A DNA stretch of 60,783 bases from NCBI GenBank assembly GCA_021818685.1, contig JAKATP010000004.1, forward strand, positions 1-60,783, in the 5' to 3' direction. Below are positions 40,815 to 48,409 of the stretch, piece after piece. The notes below the pieces were generated by a model. That model was not told the origin of the DNA and ran no database searches. It saw only the letters and a list, made by a program, of their open reading frames with translations. The stretch is from Bacillota bacterium. GTDB taxonomy: Bacteria; Bacillota; Sulfobacillia; Sulfobacillales; JAIMBI01. The first letter of the stretch is position 1; every line of letters begins with the position of its first letter. The position numbers and the translations under genes were made by a program.

Positions 40815-41236
40815 GGTGTCGTTCCCACCAGTTCGTCCGGGGTGAAGTACAAAGAGAGCTCGCGCTCGGCCGACGCCTCGCTGTCGGAACCGTGCACCAG
40901 ATTTTCCGTGATCTCGATCCCGAAGTCGCCACGAATGGTTCCCGGCAGGGCCGCGATCGGATTCGTCGCCCCCATCAGAGCCCGCACCGTCTCGACCGCC
41001 TGCGGTCCTTCCACCACCATCGCCACGACCGGACCCCGCGTGATAAAGGCGACCAGGTCACGGAAAAACGGCTTGTCACGGTGTTCTGCGTAGTGAGCAT
41101 GGGCCGTGTCCCGGGACACCCGTGTGAGCTTCAAGGCCGTCACCTGCAGCATCTTTCTTTCCAGGCGGCTTACGATCTCTCCCACCAGACGCCGCTCCAC
41201 GCCGTCTGGCTTCACCATTACGAACGTACGCGACAA
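40811..41236 (-). CDS. ndk: Nucleoside diphosphate kinase
   Basis: RTFVMVKPDG, PGTIRGDF, NLVHGSDS; TTG after SD GGAGG. Confidence 0.96.
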   Translation of the reverse strand: MSRTFVMVKPDGVERRLVGEIVSRLERKMLQVTALKLTRVSRDTAHAHYAEHRDKPFFRDLVAFITRGPVVAMVVEGPQAVETVRALMGATNPIAALPGTIRGDFGIEITENLVHGSDSEASAERELSLYFTPDELVGTTP

Positions 41237-41253
41237 ATCCTGTCCCTCCGAAA

Positions 41254-41631
41254 CTAGACCGCAGCCTGTTCCACTGGCATGCCGACCATCACCCCGCGCA
41301 GGGTCTCCGACGCGGTAACCTGCTTGGCGCCAAACGCTTGCACAATATGGCGGCACGCATCCCAGGGGTTGACGGCCTCGCCGCACGTGAACACGTCCAC
41401 GGCCGCATAGCCGTGCTCGGGCCAGGTGTGGACGGCGAGATGCGATTCCGAGATGACAACCACGCCGCTCACGCCCTGCGGGCTGAACTTGTGGAAAGCC
41501 ACCTCGCGAACTTCTGCACCCGCATTGAGCGCCGCTTCCACCATTATGCGCTCAACCGCGCCGATGTCGTTCAACACTTGGGGCTCACAGCCGTGCACTT
41601 CGGCCAGCACATGTCGACCCAAAGCGTTCAT
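41254..41631 (-). CDS. speD: S-adenosylmethionine decarboxylase proenzyme
   Basis: GRHVLAE, HKFSPQGVSGVVVISESH, HTWPEHGYAAVDVFTCG. Confidence 0.96.
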   Translation of the reverse strand: MNALGRHVLAEVHGCEPQVLNDIGAVERIMVEAALNAGAEVREVAFHKFSPQGVSGVVVISESHLAVHTWPEHGYAAVDVFTCGEAVNPWDACRHIVQAFGAKQVTASETLRGVMVGMPVEQAAV

Positions 41632-41665
41632 CGCATCACCAACCCCCTTTTCCCCCGATTGGTGC

Positions 41666-41786
41666 GGATTTTCGGCGCACCAAAGCGCCCAGGGCCCGCG
41701 GCCATGCTACATTTTATCAAAGGGCCCCTTCGTGTCAACAAAATAGCCGCCATGCGCGTGATATCCGGACTGTTCGCCGAAAATCC
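41666..41786. repeat. Perfect 12-bp inverted repeat flanking the speD promoter
   Basis: GGATTTTCGGCG at 41666-41677 and CGCCGAAAATCC at 41775-41786. Confidence 0.8.
41711..41738 (-). promoter_or_regulatory. Near-consensus sigmaA promoter for speD
   Basis: TTGACA-N16-TAAAAT with TG extended -10. Confidence 0.75.
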
Positions 41787-41858
41787 TCCCGGAATCTTCG
41801 CCCCGCGCTTTCTCGCGCGCGCTTACGATGTCTTTCAAACGCACGCCGATGCGACGGC

Positions 41859-42881
41859 TTACTGACACACGGGACAGGCGCCGGTAGCGGCTATCAGGAC
41901 TCCCGCGTACAGCGATTCCACCACCCGCACCGCCTGTCCCGGTCCCAGCGGTCCGTATGCCTGCCGCGCACCCTGACCGGCCGCCCGCCGGAGCTCTGGA
42001 TCGCCCAGGAGGGCGTCGAGCACCTCTCGCCAGACTTCGACCGCGCCCACAGGCAAGATGTACCCTTCGGTCAGGCAGCGCAGGCGCCCTACAACGCCGG
42101 CCACACGGGCGGCTACCACCGCACATCCAAGCCCGAGTGCCCCGTCAAGCAGGCCGGGATCCTCAAGGGCGCCGGCCATGGGGAACAGCACCACGTCGGC
42201 CGCGGCGAGCGCCACCACGGGGTCCGCGACCTGGTGGCGCCCTCCCGCCGGCCCGCGAAGCGGGAGCCAACGAATCTCCGGGAATGCCGTGACCAGCGCC
42301 GCGACCAGCGAGCGGTCGGATCCGGGACCGGCATAGACGGCGGCCGTCGGGAGGTCCCGCGGGAGTCCAAGACGCCGACGCGCCTCGGCGCCGTCGCGCT
42401 CCACCCCTCCACCGGCAGGCGTCTTAAGTACGGGGGCCATCCGCACCCGCGATCCCGCGCCCTCGACAAGATCCGGGCCCGGGGCCAGGACACAGGCCGC
42501 ACGACGCAGGAGCCAGGCCTCGCGCTGACGCTCCGAGCGGCGGTCCGGCCGGTAATGACGCGTGTAGACGGTTCGCGCGGGGTCGAGTCCGGCGCGCGCC
42601 GCGTAACCGAGTGCCTGGTATCCATGGCAATCCACCAAGTCCACGTCACAAAACAAATTCCGGAGTCGTGCGAGCTCGGGACCCCCCGAGAACCATCCAG
42701 ACCCCGGGCGCACGCTCTCTCGTCCTGAGAGGCCCGCCGCCTCCGGCAGCGTCGCCGGCTCTCCGGCCACGCGCACGTCGAACCACTCCCACTCCAAATG
42801 GCGCAAGAGGGTATCGAGGTAACGCGAACCGGCGGCCGGGAGGTCGGGCCCGACCAGAACGAGCAGTCGAATCTGACCCAC
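41859..42881 (-). CDS. Divergent GT4 (GT-B fold) glycosyltransferase
   Basis: DLVDCH, VYTRH, ARRRLGL, AAADVVLFP, AVVAARVAG, LLGDPELR; E-x7-E motif degenerate. Confidence 0.65.
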   Translation of the reverse strand: MGQIRLLVLVGPDLPAAGSRYLDTLLRHLEWEWFDVRVAGEPATLPEAAGLSGRESVRPGSGWFSGGPELARLRNLFCDVDLVDCHGYQALGYAARAGLDPARTVYTRHYRPDRRSERQREAWLLRRAACVLAPGPDLVEGAGSRVRMAPVLKTPAGGGVERDGAEARRRLGLPRDLPTAAVYAGPGSDRSLVAALVTAFPEIRWLPLRGPAGGRHQVADPVVALAAADVVLFPMAGALEDPGLLDGALGLGCAVVAARVAGVVGRLRCLTEGYILPVGAVEVWREVLDALLGDPELRRAAGQGARQAYGPLGPGQAVRVVESLYAGVLIAATGACPVCQ

Positions 42882-42882
42882 C

Positions 42883-43311
42883 TCAGGCCTCGACGCGGCT
42901 CCGGACCGCCTCAAGCATTGAGAGCGCGTTGTCGCGGAGCGCCACCTTGGCCACGGGGTTCAGAAGAGACGACAGCATGGGCAGCCCGAACTCGAAGACA
43001 GTCGTGAGGCGCACCCGCGTACCCCCTTCCTCTTCGAGTAGCTCCCAGGCTCCCTCGAATTGCTTTAGGTCCCCTTCGGTCTGACGATAGTCAATCCGGC
43101 GGGCATGAAACTCATCGCGTTCGATCCACCGAAATCGGGCGCCCCGAAGGCGCGCGACCCACTCCGTCACCGTGTAACCGTCGCCTCGTTCGAGCACCCG
43201 CACCGAGTCGACGCTCTGCATGAAGTCGGGAAAGCGTTCGAATTCCGCCAGCACCGCGTAAATCGGCGCCGGCGGACTCTTGATGTGCACTTCCACCTCG
43301 ACTCGCGGCAT
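42883..43311 (-). CDS. SRPBCC/polyketide cyclase-like protein
   Basis: ERFPDFMQSVDSV, WIERD, GDLKQFEGAW. Confidence 0.85.
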   Translation of the reverse strand: MPRVEVEVHIKSPPAPIYAVLAEFERFPDFMQSVDSVRVLERGDGYTVTEWVARLRGARFRWIERDEFHARRIDYRQTEGDLKQFEGAWELLEEEGGTRVRLTTVFEFGLPMLSSLLNPVAKVALRDNALSMLEAVRSRVEA

Positions 43312-43329
43312 GTCCCAACCTCCTGCCTG

Positions 43330-44574
43330 CTACTCGTCGATCCCCATCTCAGCCACCGCCCGCACCGCCGCCCCCACTTCGTCCACCGTCCGCTCCAGCT
43401 GGTCCTGACGGATGACGGCCGGGGGCAGGAGTCTGATGACGTGTTCGTTGTTGAGCGTGTGGATAACGAGCACATGCCGTTCAAACAACTCCGCCATTAA
43501 AGCACCCCCGTAGCCGGGCTTGACCCCTTCAATGCCGATGAGGAGTCCCTTGCCGCGCACTTCACGGATGATGCGGGGATACTCGGCCGCGATCGCTTGC
43601 AGCCGGGGCAGGAGATAAGCGCCCTTGGCGGCCGCCTGCCCGGCCAAATCCTCGTCGATCGCCACCGATAGCGCTTCGGCCGCCACGGCCGCCGCCAGTT
43701 CATTGCCTCCAAAGGTGGACGTGTGAATGAGCGGAGCGCTGTCGAAGAATGAAAATGCGCGCGCCGTCCCGACCACGGCCCCCACCGGCATGATGCCGCC
43801 GCCGAGCGCTTTGGCGAGCGCCATCAAGTCCGGCACGACCCCCCAATGCTCCACGGCAAAGAGCCGTCCAGTGCGGGCGATCCCGGTCTGCACCTCATCG
43901 GCGATCAGCAGGGCGCCCGTCCGGTCGCAGAGCCTCCGGAGCCCCGGCAGGTACTCATCGGGCGGAATAATGACCCCACCCTCGCCCTGGATGGGTTCCA
44001 CCATCACGGCAGCCGTCTTCTCATCCACGACCTGCTCCATGGCCGCCAGGTCTCCGAAGGGGACGCGGGTAACCTCGGGCAAGAGAGGACGAAATGGTTC
44101 TTGGTAGAGATCGCGGCCCGACACTGACAGGGCGCCCAGGGTCTTACCGTGAAACGCGCCGATAGTGCTCACCAGTTTTTGCCGGCCGGTGGCAGCGCGG
44201 GCAAATTTGATGGCCGCCTCCATCGCCTCGGTGCCGCTATTGACCAGGAAGGAATACTGCAGGTCGCCCGGCGTAATACGGGCCAGCAGCTCCGCCAGCT
44301 CGATGAGAGGGCGATTGAGGAGAAGACGGGTCGACATCCCCATGCGCGTGAGCTGGTCTCGTGCCCGTGCCACCACGCGCGGGTGTAGGTGACCATGGGT
44401 GATGACGCCATACCCGCTCGAGAGATCGAGATACTCGACGCCGTCCTCATCGTAGACGCTGGCGCCGCTCGCATGATGCTCCACCGCACCGAGCCCCATG
44501 AATCGGAAGGTCCGTCCGAGTCCCGGGTTTACGAAACGTTCGTATCGTGTCAAGAGATCAGGCTCGTCCACCAC
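43330..44574 (-). CDS. Class-III aminotransferase (putrescine/ornithine aminotransferase-like)
   Basis: NSGTEA, FHGKTLG, EPIQGEGG, DEVQTG, LAKALGGG, HTSTFGGN. Confidence 0.9.
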   Translation of the reverse strand: MVDEPDLLTRYERFVNPGLGRTFRFMGLGAVEHHASGASVYDEDGVEYLDLSSGYGVITHGHLHPRVVARARDQLTRMGMSTRLLLNRPLIELAELLARITPGDLQYSFLVNSGTEAMEAAIKFARAATGRQKLVSTIGAFHGKTLGALSVSGRDLYQEPFRPLLPEVTRVPFGDLAAMEQVVDEKTAAVMVEPIQGEGGVIIPPDEYLPGLRRLCDRTGALLIADEVQTGIARTGRLFAVEHWGVVPDLMALAKALGGGIMPVGAVVGTARAFSFFDSAPLIHTSTFGGNELAAAVAAEALSVAIDEDLAGQAAAKGAYLLPRLQAIAAEYPRIIREVRGKGLLIGIEGVKPGYGGALMAELFERHVLVIHTLNNEHVIRLLPPAVIRQDQLERTVDEVGAAVRAVAEMGIDE

Positions 44575-44619
44575 GCGTCGGCTCCCCTCGTACCGGACGC
44601 GGGCGCGCCGGCTTTTCGC

Positions 44620-44650
44620 AAAAGAGCCGTCCGCGATGCGGACGGCTCTC
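44620..44650 (-). terminator. Terminator after tRNA-Pro
   Basis: GAGCCGTCCGC-gat-GCGGACGGCTC stem plus TTTT on the minus strand. Confidence 0.8.
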
Positions 44651-44653
44651 AAA

Positions 44654-44729
44654 TGGTCGGACTGGCGGGATTCGAACCCACGACCTCTACCACCCCAAGG
44701 TAGCGCGCTACCTACTGCGCCACAGCCCG
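44654..44729 (-). tRNA. tRNA-Pro(GGG)
   Basis: Cloverleaf CGGGCTG...CAGTCCG-ACCA; anticodon arm CTACC-TTGGGGT-GGTAG; T-loop GTTCGAATC. Confidence 0.96.
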
Positions 44730-44740
44730 ATTGCAATCGT

Positions 44741-44770
44741 ATTATAGCGGTTGCACCCTCACGGCCGCAA
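44741..44770 (-). promoter_or_regulatory. sigmaA promoter for tRNA-Pro
   Basis: TTGCGG-N18-TATAAT just upstream of the tRNA. Confidence 0.55.
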
Positions 44771-44772
44771 GC

Positions 44773-46251
44773 TCAGATGATGATGCAGATAAGGCCCCCC
44801 GACCCCTCATTGATGATCCGCTGCAGGGTTTCCTGTAGCTTTTCCTGCGCGTTCTCCGGCATCCGAAACAGTTTTGCCTGAATGCCTTCACGCACGAGAT
44901 CGTGCAGTGACTTCCCGAACAGATTGGTTTCCCACAGCCGGGCGGGGTTGTCTTCAAACTGCTCCATCAGATAGTGGACCAGGTCATCGGCCTGTCGCTC
45001 GGTGCCAATAATCGGTGTGATCTCCGTTTCGATGTCGGCTCGGATCATGTGCACGGACGGTGCCGTGGCCCGTAGGCGAACGCCAAACTGGTTGCCGCGG
45101 CGGATAATCTCCGGCTCGGCCAGATCCAGTTCATCCAACTCCGGGGCTACGAGACCGTAGCCGGTAGTCCGCACGTCGTACACGGCATCTTTGACCCGAT
45201 CCCACGATCGCTTGGCGGTCGCGTACTCACGCCACAAGCGCAGGATGTCTCCCTCGTCCGCGACATGCCGGTCGGCGAGTTCAGCCAGCACCCGGTAGAA
45301 GAGGTCCTCACGGGCCGTCATCCGTACAGCGGCCACCCCGAGCCCGAGATCCATCTCGGCCAAGCGGACGACGCCGCTCTCCTCCAGGGCGTTCAGATCG
45401 TCCACCACGAGCCGCACGTCCCGGAGACGGCTCACGCCCAGCCGCGCACGCTCTATCGCCTCCCGCAGCGCCCGTTCGAGCCAGTGCCCTTCCGGCAGCG
45501 CGGTGGCGAATCCGTCGAGCTCGATCCGGAGCTCCGTGACCGGAAATTCGTAGAGCACCTGCTCCAGAATCTCCTGGATGTCGCCGGTCTTGAGCTCCTG
45601 ACAGTTCACGGGAATCACTGGGACGTCGTAGGCCTCTTGCAGTTCCTCCGCCAGCGCACGCGTGGCTTCCTCCGTCGGCGCTGCCGTGTTGAGCACGACC
45701 GTAAACGGCTTCCCCAGCTCCTTCAGCTCGCCCACCACCCGCTCCTCGGCCTCCGTGTACGCGTCACGGCCCAGCTCGCCGAAACTTCCGTCGGTGGTCA
45801 CCACGAGTCCAATGGTGGAGTGATCTTGGATGACCTTCTCGGTCCCCATTTCAGCCGCTGCGCCGAACGACATCGGTTCCTCGGACCAGGGCGTGAGAAC
45901 CATTCGCGGTCCCTGGCTGTCCTCATAGCCGAGCGCGCCGTTTACGTTGTATCCGACGCAGTCAACCAGACGCGCCCGCAAGGTGATGGCGTCGCCGAGT
46001 GTGATGGCCACGGCCTCGTCCGGAATGAATTTCGGCTCGGTGGTCATGATGGTGCGGCCCGCACCGCTCTGGGGCAAGGAGTCGATGGCCCGTTCGCGGT
46101 CGTTCTCGTCGTCAATCGCCGGCAGGATCATCCGTTCCATGAAGCGCTTGATAAAGGTGGACTTGCCGGTCCGGACCGGGCCCACCACGCCGATGTAAAC
46201 GTCTCCGCCCGTGCGCTCGGCCAGATCCTTGAAGAGGTCAAACTTCTCCAT
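44773..46251 (-). CDS. spoIVA: Stage IV sporulation protein A
   Basis: GVVGPVRTGKSTFIKRFM, TTEPKF, C-terminal INEGSGGLICIII; 492 aa. Confidence 0.97.
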   Translation of the reverse strand: MEKFDLFKDLAERTGGDVYIGVVGPVRTGKSTFIKRFMERMILPAIDDENDRERAIDSLPQSGAGRTIMTTEPKFIPDEAVAITLGDAITLRARLVDCVGYNVNGALGYEDSQGPRMVLTPWSEEPMSFGAAAEMGTEKVIQDHSTIGLVVTTDGSFGELGRDAYTEAEERVVGELKELGKPFTVVLNTAAPTEEATRALAEELQEAYDVPVIPVNCQELKTGDIQEILEQVLYEFPVTELRIELDGFATALPEGHWLERALREAIERARLGVSRLRDVRLVVDDLNALEESGVVRLAEMDLGLGVAAVRMTAREDLFYRVLAELADRHVADEGDILRLWREYATAKRSWDRVKDAVYDVRTTGYGLVAPELDELDLAEPEIIRRGNQFGVRLRATAPSVHMIRADIETEITPIIGTERQADDLVHYLMEQFEDNPARLWETNLFGKSLHDLVREGIQAKLFRMPENAQEKLQETLQRIINEGSGGLICIII

Positions 46252-46310
46252 TCCGCCTGTTCCCTCCCCACGCATGTAGACGGGCGCCGGTCCTCGCCTG
46301 TCCCCGTGTC

Positions 46311-46339
46311 ATGCTATGTGGGCCCCGTCAACAATATGA
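46311..46339 (-). promoter_or_regulatory. sigmaE promoter of spoIVA
   Basis: TCATATT-N14-CATAGCAT matches the sigmaE consensus; spoIVA is an established sigmaE gene. Confidence 0.8.
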
Positions 46340-46365
46340 GAGGCGGGGCGGGCCCGCCTCGCGAG

Positions 46366-47721
46366 TTACGGCGTCTCGGCGGGACGCTCCCGCTGGGTCC
46401 GTGGGCGGAGCGTAAAGCGAATGGGCGTGCCGGTGAAGTCCCACTGCCGTCGAATGCGGTTTTCGAGATGGCGCATCCACGAGAAATGCGCCAGTTCGGG
46501 ATCGTTCACAAACAGGACGATGTGGGGCGGGCAGGTGCCCACCTGGGTCGCGTACAAGATCTTCAGCTGCCGCGTGCCACGGGTGGGCGGCGGTGTCAGG
46601 GCCACCGTTTCCCGGACGAAATTATTGAGAGCCCGGGTCGAAATGCGCTGCGCGAAATGATCGTAAGCCTCGTCGACGAGCGCCCAGATCTCTTCCGTGC
46701 GCCAGCCCGTCAAAGCGGACACGGGCAGGACGCGCGCATAGTTCAAAAAATCCAGTTCCTCGCCCAGCTTGTCGAGAAACGAGCGGTGGCTACCACGGAT
46801 GAGATCGGCCTTGTTCGGCAGCACGACGGTCGCACGATGGTGGCGGCGGATCTGACCCGCGATCCGCAGATCTTGATGCGTGAGGGGGCTGGTCTCGTCC
46901 AATACCAAGAGGACGACATCGGCTCGACGAATGGCCTCGAGCGTGCGCCCTACGGTGCGCTCTTCAAGTTCCTCGTCAATCTTATTGGGACGCCGGAGCC
47001 CCGCCGTATCGAGAAGCAGGTAGTGCCGCCCGGCCCGCTCCAAGGGCGCATCGACCACATCGCGGGTCGTGCCGGCGATGGGCGTAACGAGGGCGCGTTC
47101 CTCTCCCACGAGAACATTGAGCAGCGAGGATTTGCCGACATTGGGGCGACCCGCGATCGCAAGGCGGATAACGGGCTGCGCTTCCTCCTGTCCTTCTTCC
47201 GGCCCGTCTCCAGCCGGCATCGGTTCTGGTTTTGGCTCGAGTGCGCGGACCATCGCATCCAGCAGATCGCCCGTGCCCTCCCCGTGCAGGGCTGAGACCG
47301 GAATCGGCTCACCGAGGCCGAGCCGCATGACTTCTCGAAAATCGGGCACCCGGAATCCTTCGACCTTATTGGCGGCCACCAGCACCGGTTTCTTCGTGCG
47401 GCGCAGCACACCGGCCACCATCACATCGGTGGCCGTCATCGGCGCGCTGGCGTCCACCACCAGGCAAAGCACATCGGCCTCTCGGATCGCGGTCTCCGTC
47501 TGCCGGCGGACGTAGCCCAGGATCTCATCACCGTGAGCCTCAAACAGTCCTCCGGTGTCGACCAGGGAGAACTCCATGCCGTTCCACTCCGTCGTTTCGT
47601 ACAAACGATCCCGGGTCACCCCCGGCTCGTCCTGGACGATAGCGCGGCGTGTTTGCGTGAGGCGGTTGAACAGGGCCGACTTTCCAACGTTGGGCCGGCC
47701 CACGAGGGCAACGGTCGCCAT
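46366..47721 (-). CDS. der: Ribosome biogenesis GTPase Der (EngA)
   Basis: Two GRPNVGKS P-loops, GVTRDR, DTGG/DTAG, C-terminal KH-like FTGTPI. Confidence 0.97.
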   Translation of the reverse strand: MATVALVGRPNVGKSALFNRLTQTRRAIVQDEPGVTRDRLYETTEWNGMEFSLVDTGGLFEAHGDEILGYVRRQTETAIREADVLCLVVDASAPMTATDVMVAGVLRRTKKPVLVAANKVEGFRVPDFREVMRLGLGEPIPVSALHGEGTGDLLDAMVRALEPKPEPMPAGDGPEEGQEEAQPVIRLAIAGRPNVGKSSLLNVLVGEERALVTPIAGTTRDVVDAPLERAGRHYLLLDTAGLRRPNKIDEELEERTVGRTLEAIRRADVVLLVLDETSPLTHQDLRIAGQIRRHHRATVVLPNKADLIRGSHRSFLDKLGEELDFLNYARVLPVSALTGWRTEEIWALVDEAYDHFAQRISTRALNNFVRETVALTPPPTRGTRQLKILYATQVGTCPPHIVLFVNDPELAHFSWMRHLENRIRRQWDFTGTPIRFTLRPRTQRERPAETP

Positions 47722-47755
47722 GGTCCCACTCCTTTACCGTCTACCGGCTCTCAGT

Positions 47756-48358
47756 CTAGCCGATGCGGGAGGGGCGGTTGACGGGAGAGGGCCGCAGGCC
47801 GAGCATGCGGGCCAGAATCCAGCCTGCGGCGAATGCCGTCAGACAAGCCAGGACGGAAAAAAGCCAGTCACCTTCATGACGGGCGCTCACACCGGGCGCC
47901 AAACCGAGACGTGCGATCCCCGCGAATACCGAGGCCGCCGCCGCCACGGCCGCGGCCGGCACGGCATCGAGCGCCACCACCGCCGCCGCCAGACCCAGCA
48001 GGATGGCCTCGGCCACCAGCCACGGCATCAGGGTTGCGTGGCCGGGCTCGACGGGGACGACCCCACGGACCAAGGTGGCCAGAAGGCCCAGCCCGATCCA
48101 GCCGAGCGTCAGGCCCCGACGCCGGGCTCCCAACAGCAGCAGCGCGCCCCCGGGACCCAGAAGGACAAACCCACCATCGAGAGGTCCCCAGGATCTAACC
48201 AGCACCACGTGGGTCCATCCGACCAGCCAAATCAGGCCGACTCCCGCCAGCACCTGCCAGCGGTGGAGACCGGCCTGTTCAAGGACTCTGTCACCAAAGC
48301 CGCCCCAGACAACCCACCAGGATGCCAACAGCACCGCCTGTGCCCACCAGAGTGCCAC
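47756..48358 (-). CDS. YphA-like membrane protein
   Basis: Highly hydrophobic 200-aa frame, SD AGGAGG, position upstream of der as for yphA. Confidence 0.55.
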   Translation of the reverse strand: MALWWAQAVLLASWWVVWGGFGDRVLEQAGLHRWQVLAGVGLIWLVGWTHVVLVRSWGPLDGGFVLLGPGGALLLLGARRRGLTLGWIGLGLLATLVRGVVPVEPGHATLMPWLVAEAILLGLAAAVVALDAVPAAAVAAAASVFAGIARLGLAPGVSARHEGDWLFSVLACLTAFAAGWILARMLGLRPSPVNRPSRIG

Positions 48359-48409
48359 GGCTGCCCTCCTGCGAGAAACTCTCGCTAGAGTCTGCGCCCA
48401 CGGCTCCCC

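Noticed and set aside
41632..41858. SAM-I or spermidine-variant riboswitch before speD
   Set aside because: No AUC..GAG, GAGGGA..GCCC, GCAACC or GGUGC-AA-UCC core; the leader is only about 70 nt
45265..47295. 676-aa plus-strand ORF
   Set aside because: Antisense shadow spanning spoIVA and der; no family features
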